Source: Eshraghiella crossota
Lineage (GTDB): Bacteria; Bacillota; Clostridia; Christensenellales; CAG-917
Length of the DNA: 64,000 nucleotides
Direction of reading: 5' to 3'
Assembly (NCBI GenBank): GCA_963590075.1
Contig: CAVANK010000008.1
Span: 390 to 64,389, forward strand
Shown here: positions 27,963 through 37,817 of the stretch, in pieces
Position numbering within the stretch: the first letter of the stretch is position 1
Layout: each line of letters starts with the position of its first letter
The notes under the pieces: model-generated
Seen by the model: the letters and a program-made list of their open reading frames with translations, nothing else
The model's database searches: none
What the model was told of the DNA's origin: nothing
Program-made: the position numbers and the translations under genes

Positions 27963-30900
27963 ATGAGAGCCCACAAAAAGCAACGTATATTTATCATTTT
28001 AGCCATTTTGACAATGGCGGTCATTTTGACGTGCATTTTTGCCGCTTGCGACAAAACCGGTGCGCAAGACAAAAATTATACTGTCACCATACATCCAAAC
28101 AACGGACAACCCGATATCGTTTGGGATGTCGCCACTGACATTCCGTCCATAACGAAATATGGATATCACATTGTCGGTTTTTATCTTGACGAGGGGATGA
28201 CAACAAGCACAACGCTTGAATCCTTGAAGTCATCCGAACTGACAAGCAATTTGGACGTATATGTCAAATGGGAAAAGGATAGTGTGCCGCCAAAAACCAA
28301 AATCAGCACAAACAAATTGCTTTGCGATTACGATACTAGAACTTTAAGCGGAAAGGTGTCCAATTCAACGACAGTATTTTCGTTTAGCGATGAGATTTCC
28401 GTTGAAAAAGGTGCAACATACACTGTTTCGACCGATATTACCGGAATCAACGTGATTCCGAGCAAAACTGTGAATCTTGAGATTGGCGATAATGTTTTTT
28501 ACATTGTAGTTTCAAACGAAGATGAGCTCACGTTGTATACAGCGACAGTGCGTCGCAGACCGATATATGAAGTCGTTTTTAACGTAAAAGGCGGAACGGA
28601 AGTCGAAGCGCAACAGGTTGAAGAAGATGATTTCGCAACTGCGCCAACTACTGAAAAAAACGGTTGCACATTTGAAAGGTGGGATTGGGATTTTGCAACA
28701 TCGATTACTAAAAACACAACCATAACAGCAATTTGGAATGCTTTTACATATAATATCATTTACGACTTGAATATTCCCGAGGATTCTGTAAGCCAAGATG
28801 TTGACAACTCAAGGAATCCGACAACATACACCGTTGATGATACGATATATTTTTCTGCGCCTAGACGAAACGGTTATTATTTTACCGGTTGGAGTGTGGA
28901 CAGAATTGTTAAAGGCACAACGGGAACGGTAAAGACGACAGCGCAATGGAGTCCGATTACCTATGAAATTATATATGATTTTGGTGATTCCAAATCGGTA
29001 AGCAAGGCGACAAACAGCGATTTGAATCTAAGGTATTATAATATCGAGAGCGAAATCACATTCGCTGAACCAACAAGAGCCGGTTATTCGTTTGTATCTT
29101 GGGACAAGAATATTGCAAAAGGTACAACCGGTACGCAAATAATAACTGCAAGTTGGAGTGTTATCGATTACGATATTGTGTACAATTTTGGTGATACTTC
29201 TTCTGCCAGCAAAGCCATAAACAATGAACTAAATCCAGCAACTTATACTGTTGAGGACGAAATTGTATTCGCCGAACCAACAAGAACAGGATATGAATTC
29301 TTATCTTGGGACAAGAACATTGTAAAAGGCATGACTAATGAACAAACTATAACTGCTAGCTGGTCAATTATCGATTATGACATCATTTACGACCTTGGCG
29401 ATGCTGATTCCGTAAGTAAGGCTACCAACAACGATTCAAACCCGACAACGTATACCATTGAGGACGAAATCATTTTTGAAACCCCTACAAGGCAGTATTA
29501 TGAGTTTGTTGAATGGAGTAAAAACATTTCAAAAGGTAGCGTCGGTAACCAAAATGTTGTTGCGGTATGGAAAGCTGAAACACATACGATAACATATGTG
29601 TTGAACAATTGGACGAATGTCGCCGACAACAAAAATACATATACAATTGAAGATCAAACATTTGCTTTGTTCGATGGCGTAAAAGGAGAAAGTCTTTTCT
29701 GTGGATGGTATCTAGATGATGAGTACACGAATTACATCGAAACGATAGATGCATCATCAATGAAGGATTACATTGTTTATGCAATGCCGGATTGTGGTGC
29801 TACAAAGGGATTATCTATTGAAAACGGTGTTGTAAAAAGCTATTCAGGTACATCAACAAATGTTGTTATCCCGTCTTATTACAAAGGCTACGCTGTTGTG
29901 AGCATTGTCAAAGCTGTTTTCAATAATTGCACAAATTTGACGAGCGTGACAATCCCCGACAGCGTGACAAGCGTTGGTAGTTCTGCATTTTCCGGTTGCA
30001 CGGGATTGACAAAAATAACAGGGCCTTCCGACATGGTTTCCACTGTTGCAAAACAGTGCAACAGCACGGCGGTTGAGGAGATTGTTATAACAAGCGGAAC
30101 AAGCATCGGTTATGATGCCTTCTCTGGTTGCAGTGGTTTAACAAGCGCCACAATTTCGGATAGTGTGACGAGCATCGGTTATTATGCTTTCTCAGGTTGC
30201 GACAAACTTCAGAACATATATATAGCTGACATGGTGGCATGGTGCAATATTTCAGGATTAGATGATTTGATGGAATATGGATCAAGCAACAAGAATTTGT
30301 ACCTTGACAATGAACTTGTTACATCGGTTTCAATCCCTAACGAAGTAACCACCATCCCGTCTTATGCTTTTTATGGTTGTGAGAGTATTGTAAATGTAAT
30401 TATTCCCGACACCGTAACGAGTGTTGGCAATTATGCATTCTCTGGCTGCACTAACCTTCAAAATATATACATTGCTGACATAGTGGCGTGGTGCAATATT
30501 TCAGGGTTGAATTGGTTGATGGAATATGGTACAAGCAACAAAAATTTATATCTAAACAATGAACTTGTTACATCGGTTACAATTCCTCTCAGTGTGACAA
30601 GCATCGGCAGGTCTGCATTTAATGGGTGTAGCAGTCTGACGAGTATCACGATTCCAGACACAGTGACGAGTGTTGGTAGTTCTGCATTTTCCGGTTGCAC
30701 GGGATTGACAAAAATAACAGGACCTTCCGACATGGTTTCCACTGTTGCAAAACAGTGCAACAGCAAGGTGCTTGAGATTGTTATAACAAGCGGAACAAGC
30801 ATCGGCTCTTCTGCCTTCTCTGGTTGCAGTGGTTTAACAAGCGTCACAATTTCGGATAGTGTGACGAGCATCGGCTCTTATGCATTCTCAGGGTGCACCG

Positions 30901-32147
30901 GTTTGATGAGCGTCACAATCCCGGACGGTGTGACGAGTATTGGCGATTACGCTTTTCGTGATAGCAGCAGTTTAACAACAGTCACATGGAATGCAATTGC
31001 GTGTGCAACTGTTGGATCTTCATATTCTTCTGTTTTTTCAGGGTGTTCTAACCTTGCTATTGTGAACATTGGAAATAATGTAACTATTATTCCGTCCTAT
31101 GTCTTTTATAATTGTAACGGTTTGACGAGCATTACAATTTCGGATAGTGTGACGAGCATCGGCTCTTATGCATTCTCAGGGTGCACCGGTTTGATGAGCG
31201 TCACAATCCCGGACGGAGTGACGAGTATTGGCGATTCTGCCTTCTCAAACTGCAGTGGATTGACGAGTGTCACAATTGGCAACAGTGTGATGAGCATCGG
31301 TGAGAATGCATTTTTGGGTTGCTGGCGACTGATTGAAGTGTACAACAAATCGTCGTTGACGATAATAGCCGATAGCAACGATAACGGGCGTGTCGCATCT
31401 AATGCAAAAAATGTGTATACGGACACAGAAGGCGAAAGCAAACTTTCAAATGACAACGGTTATGTTGTATATACTGACGGGACAGAAAAGATTTTAGTGG
31501 CGTATACCGGCACTGAGACTGAATTGTCATTGCCATCATATATAACCCAAATCAACGAGTTCGCATTCTATGAATGTGCCGAGTTGACATTCATAACAAT
31601 CCCGAACAGCGTAAAGAGCATTGGCTATTCCGCCTTTTCAAGTTGCACGGGGTTGACAAGCATCACAATCCCTAACAGTGTGACGAGCATTGGTGGTTCT
31701 GCTTTCTCTGGTTGTATCGGACTCACAAGCATTATTGTTGAAAAGGGAAATCTTAACTATCATAGCGACGGCAATTGCTTGATTGCAACCGCAACCAAAA
31801 CACTGATTTTGGGTTGCCAAAACAGTGTCATCCCTTCCGATGGTAGTGTGACGAGCATCGAAAGTTATGCCTTCCAGTATTGTGGCGACTTGACAAGCAT
31901 CATTATTCCGGACGGCGTGACGAGCATCGGCGGTTTGGCCTTCTATAGATGCACTGACTTGACAAACATCACTATCCCCGACAGCGTAACCAACATTGGC
32001 TATGGTGCTTTCCGAAACTGTAGCGGACTGACAAACATTAATTTTGAAGGCACAAAAGAACAATGGAATGCAATCACAAAAGGCGATAATTGGAACGATG
32101 GTGTCGCAACCAACTGCACAATTACTTGTTCCGACGGAACGATATAA
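27963..32147 (+). CDS. Large surface lipoprotein: Listeria-Bacteroides (Flg_new) repeats followed by BspA-type leucine-rich repeats
   Basis: Start moved to ATG 27963 (GAGGGAGAGC RBS), giving MRAHKKQRIFIILAILTMAVILTCIFAAC, a signal peptide with a lipobox-like FAAC. Repeated GY.F..W...I.KGTTG....A.W modules are followed by more than 25 copies of the roughly 23-aa L.S..IP.SVTSIG..AF.GC..L repeat. Confidence 0.85.
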   Translation: MRAHKKQRIFIILAILTMAVILTCIFAACDKTGAQDKNYTVTIHPNNGQPDIVWDVATDIPSITKYGYHIVGFYLDEGMTTSTTLESLKSSELTSNLDVYVKWEKDSVPPKTKISTNKLLCDYDTRTLSGKVSNSTTVFSFSDEISVEKGATYTVSTDITGINVIPSKTVNLEIGDNVFYIVVSNEDELTLYTATVRRRPIYEVVFNVKGGTEVEAQQVEEDDFATAPTTEKNGCTFERWDWDFATSITKNTTITAIWNAFTYNIIYDLNIPEDSVSQDVDNSRNPTTYTVDDTIYFSAPRRNGYYFTGWSVDRIVKGTTGTVKTTAQWSPITYEIIYDFGDSKSVSKATNSDLNLRYYNIESEITFAEPTRAGYSFVSWDKNIAKGTTGTQIITASWSVIDYDIVYNFGDTSSASKAINNELNPATYTVEDEIVFAEPTRTGYEFLSWDKNIVKGMTNEQTITASWSIIDYDIIYDLGDADSVSKATNNDSNPTTYTIEDEIIFETPTRQYYEFVEWSKNISKGSVGNQNVVAVWKAETHTITYVLNNWTNVADNKNTYTIEDQTFALFDGVKGESLFCGWYLDDEYTNYIETIDASSMKDYIVYAMPDCGATKGLSIENGVVKSYSGTSTNVVIPSYYKGYAVVSIVKAVFNNCTNLTSVTIPDSVTSVGSSAFSGCTGLTKITGPSDMVSTVAKQCNSTAVEEIVITSGTSIGYDAFSGCSGLTSATISDSVTSIGYYAFSGCDKLQNIYIADMVAWCNISGLDDLMEYGSSNKNLYLDNELVTSVSIPNEVTTIPSYAFYGCESIVNVIIPDTVTSVGNYAFSGCTNLQNIYIADIVAWCNISGLNWLMEYGTSNKNLYLNNELVTSVTIPLSVTSIGRSAFNGCSSLTSITIPDTVTSVGSSAFSGCTGLTKITGPSDMVSTVAKQCNSKVLEIVITSGTSIGSSAFSGCSGLTSVTISDSVTSIGSYAFSGCTGLMSVTIPDGVTSIGDYAFRDSSSLTTVTWNAIACATVGSSYSSVFSGCSNLAIVNIGNNVTIIPSYVFYNCNGLTSITISDSVTSIGSYAFSGCTGLMSVTIPDGVTSIGDSAFSNCSGLTSVTIGNSVMSIGENAFLGCWRLIEVYNKSSLTIIADSNDNGRVASNAKNVYTDTEGESKLSNDNGYVVYTDGTEKILVAYTGTETELSLPSYITQINEFAFYECAELTFITIPNSVKSIGYSAFSSCTGLTSITIPNSVTSIGGSAFSGCIGLTSIIVEKGNLNYHSDGNCLIATATKTLILGCQNSVIPSDGSVTSIESYAFQYCGDLTSIIIPDGVTSIGGLAFYRCTDLTNITIPDSVTNIGYGAFRNCSGLTNINFEGTKEQWNAITKGDNWNDGVATNCTITCSDGTI
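29973..30865 (+). repeat. In-frame direct repeat pair inside the LRR gene, 699-nt period
   Basis: 29973..30066 matches 30672..30765 with one mismatch over 94 nt. The match continues with small gaps to 30178 and 30865. Confidence 0.85.
30846..31236 (+). repeat. In-frame direct repeat pair inside the LRR gene, 288-nt period
   Basis: 30846..30948 matches 31134..31236: 103 nt with a single mismatch (GGACGGTGTG versus GGACGGAGTG). Confidence 0.9.
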
Positions 32148-32175
32148 AAAATAAACCAAAAAAAGGAGCACACAA

Positions 32176-32496
32176 ATGAACAAAGGTACAATTAGCAAGA
32201 TTAAAATTGACGATAAATATCGCTATTGCATAAGACTTGAAAACACAGTAAAAATTAAAGATAAGAATGGAAAAGAGCTTGAGTATAATGTTTTTCTTTT
32301 TGAAACGAATAATCCCGCACCAGATGCAAAACTCGTTCCTGTAGAAGATGTGTATACTTTTGAAAAGGATTTGACGTCACTTTTGGGCAAGAAACTCGAA
32401 TTTTGTATTGATTTTGTCTCAAAAGAGAACAACGACAAAACAGAGAGTGCTGCTAAAGAAAAAATCATATTGAAATCAGTTGAGTATGAAGCGTAA
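32176..32496 (+). CDS. Small hypothetical protein (106 aa), partner of the SIR2-like gene
   Basis: AAGGAG RBS 7 nt upstream. Starts 29 nt after the LRR gene stop with no terminator in between. Soluble and Lys/Glu-rich, with no motif I recognise. Its stop overlaps the next gene by 17 nt. Confidence 0.6.
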   Translation: MNKGTISKIKIDDKYRYCIRLENTVKIKDKNGKELEYNVFLFETNNPAPDAKLVPVEDVYTFEKDLTSLLGKKLEFCIDFVSKENNDKTESAAKEKIILKSVEYEA

Positions 32497-33718
32497 AACT
32501 ATATATATTATCGGTGCGGGGTCAACTGCTGCGTTGGGTATTCCAACATCTGATAAACAAAAGATATTTTTTGAAAAGTTGGCAGAGAGTGGCGACGAAA
32601 CGCTCTGCCAACTCTATCGTATTGTAACTAAAAGATTCGCAAATAGGGATTATGGCATCAACGATGTGTTTAATTTGATTGACACGGCATTGTTCCTAAA
32701 AACGGGATTGTATGACGATGTAGAGAGAATAGAATACATAGAATTGTTGCGCACAAAACGCGAACTTATTTCGTGTATTTTTGAGGAATTCAAAAATAAA
32801 ATCGCAACAATTGATGATTGCGCTTATGAAAAGTATGTCAACTTTTATTATCAACTTGCAAAAAGGGAGTTGGCTAAAAAGATTGAGTGCAATGTTGATA
32901 TGCAAAAGCGCGAGTTTTTCATAGCCGATTATTCTATCATAAACTTCAATTGGGATTTGTGTTCATTATTCCCTATTATAGAGTCGAATAAACTACTTAA
33001 TCACGAAAACGACAGATATATCAATAAGGAAGGCTTTCCCCAGTTGAGAATGTACACAGACTTTAATTACGAGTGTGCATCGACACTAAATGATTTGCCA
33101 TGGTATCCATTTACCGAGCCGGCGGCGGCTATCGCAAATTCTGATAAACATATGGGTAAAAGACGTGTCGTTTTGCTGAAAGCGTTTTATCCGCACGGTC
33201 TTATGAACTCTTTCAAATGCCCCAAATGCGCTCGTCACTCATTGTATCTTGGAAATCAGTTGGAAATAAAAGAAGTCAGTAAATCGATAGATTATAGCAA
33301 AGATAAACCACTTTACAAATGCCCGAATTGTGGTGCGGAGATAAGTGCAAAAGACTTCAACATTCTTGTGCAATCTAACTTTAAAGAGAGAAACTCTTTT
33401 CTCGAAGAAACACGCATAAAAATGTTTTGCGAACTCGAATCTGCTGAAAAGCTGGTCTTTATCGGGTATTCGATGCCTCAAGACGATGTTGATTATAGAA
33501 CGTTTTTCAAGTCGCTCAACAATGTAAAAGGAGCACACGTGGTTTTACATGACAAAAACTCGCATGACTTCAAAATGATATCCGATGGCGATGATTTTAG
33601 TAATTATTCAGACGAAACAAGAACAGCGATAGGAAATTATCTTTCAATATTCAAGAATATATGTCTCAACACAAAAGGCTTTCCTGATGCCGCTGATGAT
33701 ATTCTAAGAATCGAATAA
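32480..33718 (+). CDS. Stand-alone SIR2 (sirtuin)-like protein with retained zinc ribbon
   Basis: 412 aa with an ordered motif set: IIGAGSTAALGIPT (aa 11-24), FNWD (N157/D159), YPHG (H239), CPKC-30 aa-CPNC (C247/C250/C281/C284) and LVFIGYSMPQDD (aa 325-336). No additional recognisable domain. Confidence 0.75.
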   Translation: MSMKRKTIYIIGAGSTAALGIPTSDKQKIFFEKLAESGDETLCQLYRIVTKRFANRDYGINDVFNLIDTALFLKTGLYDDVERIEYIELLRTKRELISCIFEEFKNKIATIDDCAYEKYVNFYYQLAKRELAKKIECNVDMQKREFFIADYSIINFNWDLCSLFPIIESNKLLNHENDRYINKEGFPQLRMYTDFNYECASTLNDLPWYPFTEPAAAIANSDKHMGKRRVVLLKAFYPHGLMNSFKCPKCARHSLYLGNQLEIKEVSKSIDYSKDKPLYKCPNCGAEISAKDFNILVQSNFKERNSFLEETRIKMFCELESAEKLVFIGYSMPQDDVDYRTFFKSLNNVKGAHVVLHDKNSHDFKMISDGDDFSNYSDETRTAIGNYLSIFKNICLNTKGFPDAADDILRIE

Positions 33719-33727
33719 ACTATATGT

Positions 33728-33759
33728 AAAAGTGGTTCGCTATGTGTGAGTCACTTTTT
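33728..33759 (+). terminator. Candidate terminator after the SIR2-like gene
   Basis: 7-bp stem AAAAGTG/CACTTTT with a 17-nt loop, running into T5, 10 nt after the stop. Confidence 0.4.
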
Positions 33760-34178
33760 GCAGTATGTTAGTTGTTCGTTTTATCCATGAATATGGTCTT
33801 GAATATGCCTCTCGATAATGATATAATATGTATATCAAAAGTCGGGAGGCAATGAAGTGCACACCCAAAGTTTTACATTTTGTCCAACTTTTGGGTTCAC
33901 GTCACAATTATGGATGATTTTGAATTGTTTTTTCAAAAACATCGAAAACCTTGTAAATTTTACAAAAAAATGAATAGTTGAGACATATGGGACATTTTTG
34001 TCCCATAACTTCTCGTATAATCGAGATAAACGAAGCAGTTTATTAAAAATTAGCCGAATGTGCGCAATTTTTATAAAAGACAAAAGCAATTGCGCTAGCG
34101 AATATTGCGGATTTTGAGCTAAAATACGGCATTTTATGCCCGTAAAACGATAATTTTTGTTTAATAGAGGCAAAAGGG

Positions 34179-34208
34179 TTGAAAATTGCGCGGATAGTGG
34201 TATATAAT
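34179..34208 (+). promoter_or_regulatory. Candidate sigma-A promoter of the second Flg_new lipoprotein gene
   Basis: TTGAAA, 18 nt, TATAAT, 49 nt upstream of ATG 34257. Confidence 0.5.
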
Positions 34209-34256
34209 TATCGAGAAATATCAGTAATAAATTAACAAAAGAAGAGTATCGCACCG

Positions 34257-35651
34257 ATGACAAGCCATAACGGATATACATTTGGAAAAACCGTAAAACG
34301 TATATTTTTAATTTTTGCCATAACTTGCTTGTCGATAACGACTGTTTGCTTGCTTTGCGCGTGCGATTCTGACGATGTAAACAACTTGTTTCAGCCTTCC
34401 GCTTTTATAACTTTTGTCCTAAACAACGGTGAAGTGGATATAATTTGGCAATACGGCGACGCCGTGCCGACACCCGTGAAGGACGGATTTGAATTTTTAT
34501 ATTGGTGCACCGATATCGAATGTGAAAACAAAGCCGAAATAAATTTTGACGAAACCCCTAAAACGGATATTATTTTGTATGCCAAGTGGAAAGAATTGCT
34601 CGACCTTCAAGACGTCGTGTTTGAAAATATGAGCGTCGTGTATGACGGGAACAAGCATTCCATTGCGGTCAATTTGCCGAGCGGTGCTTCTATCGAGTAC
34701 GTCGGAGAGCATGAATTTATAAATGTCGGCACTTATACCGTGAGCGCAATCGTTTCAAAAGACGGCTATAAAGATTTGAATAAGAGCGCAACGCTCACCA
34801 TTGAAAAAGCAAAGATCGAAAAAGTTGAATTTGAAGACAAGACTATCGTTTGGGACGGTGAAAAACATAGCATTTTCGTGAGTACGGAACTTCCCGAAGA
34901 GATAAAAATCACGTATACGGGTAACGGTATCGGCGATGTCGGCGAACATTTGGTTGTCGCACACTTTGACGTCGGCACGAATTATGAACAGATTGCCGAA
35001 GTCAGCGCGATTTTGAAGATCGAACCGCTTATGCACACAGTTATTTTCGATTATGGTGACCGTACAGAAACGATTAAAGTCGAACACGGCAAAAACATAG
35101 AGAATCCACCGACTCCTACGGCAAGAACGGGTTATATCGCGACGTGGGATAAGAGTCTCGAAAACGTAACTTCGGATATGACGGTTTCTATAAAATACAC
35201 GCTTGCAACGTACGATATCGTCTATAACTATGATTGCGACAAGACGGGGTGGACGTTGACTTATAATATGGAAACGGAAGTGATTTTGCCTGCCGCTACG
35301 AGAGATTATTATGTATTTGACGGTTGGTATACCGCGGACGGAAAGAAAGTGGAAAAGATTGAAAGAGGCAGTGTCGGTGACATCGTTCTTTATGCCTCGT
35401 GGACGCCTATCGAATACAAGATTATTTTCCACGGTGAAATCGACGAATATATAAACGATACGAACAATAAGTACAATTCCGCTTTTACCGTTGAAAGCGA
35501 GACGTTTATTTTGTACGGCGCGACGAGACACGGTTACGTTTTCGCGGGTTGGTACGACAATCCCGAATGCGTCGGCGAACCGATAACCGCACGCGAAAAG
35601 GGCACGCACGGAGATTTGCACCTTTACGCAAAATGGGTGGAAGAGACTTGA
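34257..35651 (+). CDS. Surface lipoprotein with Listeria-Bacteroides (Flg_new) repeats
   Basis: Signal peptide with the Cys cluster LLCACDSD. Repeated GY.F.GWY......V..I..G..GD..LYA.W modules (for example YYVFDGWYTADGKKVEKIERGSVGDIVLYASW). Confidence 0.8.
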   Translation: MTSHNGYTFGKTVKRIFLIFAITCLSITTVCLLCACDSDDVNNLFQPSAFITFVLNNGEVDIIWQYGDAVPTPVKDGFEFLYWCTDIECENKAEINFDETPKTDIILYAKWKELLDLQDVVFENMSVVYDGNKHSIAVNLPSGASIEYVGEHEFINVGTYTVSAIVSKDGYKDLNKSATLTIEKAKIEKVEFEDKTIVWDGEKHSIFVSTELPEEIKITYTGNGIGDVGEHLVVAHFDVGTNYEQIAEVSAILKIEPLMHTVIFDYGDRTETIKVEHGKNIENPPTPTARTGYIATWDKSLENVTSDMTVSIKYTLATYDIVYNYDCDKTGWTLTYNMETEVILPAATRDYYVFDGWYTADGKKVEKIERGSVGDIVLYASWTPIEYKIIFHGEIDEYINDTNNKYNSAFTVESETFILYGATRHGYVFAGWYDNPECVGEPITAREKGTHGDLHLYAKWVEET

Positions 35652-35805
35652 TAGTCGTTTTTGCATCGAAGAGTTTTGCCGTAGTCCTATAAATTTCAAA
35701 AAGACTTTGGCATATTTTGTCCTTTTGGTATTCGTTAAATAAAATATTGCCATAGAAGTTGCGGAGTGGTATAATACAAAAAAATAAATAGTTTCTAGGC
35801 GAAAG

Positions 35806-37563
35806 ATGAAAAGAGATATTGAAAAATTGCAAGAGTTCGTAAAAGACGGCGGAATCGACGCATATATCGTGTTTACGAGCGACGATCACGGCAGTGAATA
35901 CGTCGTGGACCACTTCAAAACGCGTGAGTTTCTTTGCGGATTTACGGGAAGCGCGGGCACTCTCGTGGTGACGAGAGACGGCGCGTATCTGTGGACGGAC
36001 GGAAGATATTTTATCCAAGCGGCGGAGCAACTCAAAGCAACGGATACCGTGCTCATGAAAGCGGGCGAAGAGGGTGTGCCGTCTATTTTCGAGTTTGTGA
36101 AAAAACTTTCCGACATGCCCAAAATCGCATTTGATTTTTGTACGGCTACGGTTGAATTCGTCGAAGCGTTGAAAAAAAGCGTCAAGGGCGTTGAAATCGT
36201 CGATTGCGGTGAAATTATTGACCGTATTTGGCAAGATCGTCCCGAAGTCGCGCCTACGAAGGCGTGGTTTTTGCCCGATAACGCGACGGGTGAGAGCGTA
36301 AAAAGCAAGATTGAAAACTTGCAAAAAGACCTTGAAAAACAAGGTTGCGAATACGCGCTCGTGTCCTCGCTTGATGATATTGCGTGGCTTTTCAATATGC
36401 GTGGAAGCGATATAGAGTACAATCCCGTCAATTACGCGTACGCAATCGTGTCCAAGGACGGCGCGACGTTGTTTATAGACGATAGAAAACTCGATGCGAA
36501 ATGCAATAAAATTCTTGCGGAAAACGATATAAACGTATTGCCGTATAGCGACGTTTACGGCGTGGTTTCGCAAATAGAGGGAAGAGTGCTTATCGACAAG
36601 GAAAAGACCAATTACGCACTGTTTTCTCGCATAAAGGACGTCAAAGAGACGGAAGCTTTCCCCACGACCGTGAGAAAGGCAATCAAGAACGCGGTCGAGA
36701 TAAAAAATATGAAAAAAGCGCACGTCGAGGACGGCGTTGCGGTGCTCAAATTTATGCGTTATCTCAAAGAGAACGCGGGCAAAGAGATTATGAGCGAGAT
36801 TTCGCTTGCGGACAAACTCGAAGCGTTTAGAAGAGAAAGCAGAAACTTCCTCGACCTCAGTTTCGACACCATTTGCGGATACGCTTCAAACGGCGCAATC
36901 GTGCATTATTCCGCAACTCCCGAGACGGACAAAGTCGTTGAAAACAAGGGATTGCTCCTCGTCGACAGCGGTGCGCAATACCGCTACGGCACGACGGATA
37001 TAACCCGTACGTTTGCGATGGGAAAGGTTACGAATGAGGAAAAGCGCGCTTTTACCATCGTGCTTAAATCGCATATCGCACTTGCAAGAGCGACGTTCCC
37101 CAAAGGAACGACGGGCGCACGCCTCGATATGATTTCGAGAGCGCCGATGTACGCTTACGGTATGGACTTCAAGCACGGCACGGGACACGGCGTTGGATAT
37201 TTGCTCAACGTTCACGAAGGACCGCAAAATATCTCACCGAGAGCGTTTACGCCCAAATACGCAGTTTTGCCGGGAATGATTACGTCCAACGAACCCGGAT
37301 TTTACGAGGAAGGCAAGTTTGGTATAAGACACGAAAATCTCGTGCTTTGCGTGGAAAAGGAAAAGACGGAATACGGCACGTTTTGCGCATTCGAGACGAT
37401 AACGCTCGTGCCTTTCGACCTTGACGCAATAGACGTAAAACTGCTTGACGAGGGTGACAAAGCGTGGCTCAACGCATATCATAAGAGCGTGCGCAAGACC
37501 ATCGGCAAGTACCTCGTCGGCAAAGATTTGAAGTTCCTCGAAAGAGCGACGAGAGAAATCTGA
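35806..37563 (+). CDS. Xaa-Pro aminopeptidase (M24B, aminopeptidase P family)
   Basis: 585 aa. Creatinase-like N-domains plus an M24 pita-bread domain with metal ligands (DSGAQY...DITRT, HGTGHGVG, SNEPGFYE). Confidence 0.85.
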   Translation: MKRDIEKLQEFVKDGGIDAYIVFTSDDHGSEYVVDHFKTREFLCGFTGSAGTLVVTRDGAYLWTDGRYFIQAAEQLKATDTVLMKAGEEGVPSIFEFVKKLSDMPKIAFDFCTATVEFVEALKKSVKGVEIVDCGEIIDRIWQDRPEVAPTKAWFLPDNATGESVKSKIENLQKDLEKQGCEYALVSSLDDIAWLFNMRGSDIEYNPVNYAYAIVSKDGATLFIDDRKLDAKCNKILAENDINVLPYSDVYGVVSQIEGRVLIDKEKTNYALFSRIKDVKETEAFPTTVRKAIKNAVEIKNMKKAHVEDGVAVLKFMRYLKENAGKEIMSEISLADKLEAFRRESRNFLDLSFDTICGYASNGAIVHYSATPETDKVVENKGLLLVDSGAQYRYGTTDITRTFAMGKVTNEEKRAFTIVLKSHIALARATFPKGTTGARLDMISRAPMYAYGMDFKHGTGHGVGYLLNVHEGPQNISPRAFTPKYAVLPGMITSNEPGFYEEGKFGIRHENLVLCVEKEKTEYGTFCAFETITLVPFDLDAIDVKLLDEGDKAWLNAYHKSVRKTIGKYLVGKDLKFLERATREI

Positions 37564-37602
37564 AAGAAAAAGAAAAACGCAAAATCAATATTTTGACAAT
37601 CC

Positions 37603-37629
37603 AAAAAGCAGGCATCAAGCCTGCTTTTT
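37603..37629 (+). terminator. Rho-independent terminator
   Basis: AAAAAGCAGGC / GCCTGCTTTTT hairpin with a T-run. Confidence 0.85.
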
Positions 37630-37817
37630 GCGTTGCTTGCGCTAAATTGCTTTCAATTTGACATCTTTGCCTAAAAGGGCAAAACGCAAGCCGATCGAAA
37701 TGCGCTTGGCTACGTCGAGCCGAGAGTGAAATCCGCTTTTGAAAATGCTTTTTCGATATTGCAAAACTTATTAAAAGATATTATAATATCATCATAAAAC
37801 AATAAGGAAGAAAAATT

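Noticed and set aside
33835-34281. 148-aa minus-strand ORF in the spacer between the SIR2-like and Flg_new genes
   Set aside because: It is an AT-rich region with a low-complexity Leu/Phe/Lys/Asn-rich translation and no RBS. It also overlaps the start of the + strand lipoprotein gene and its promoter.
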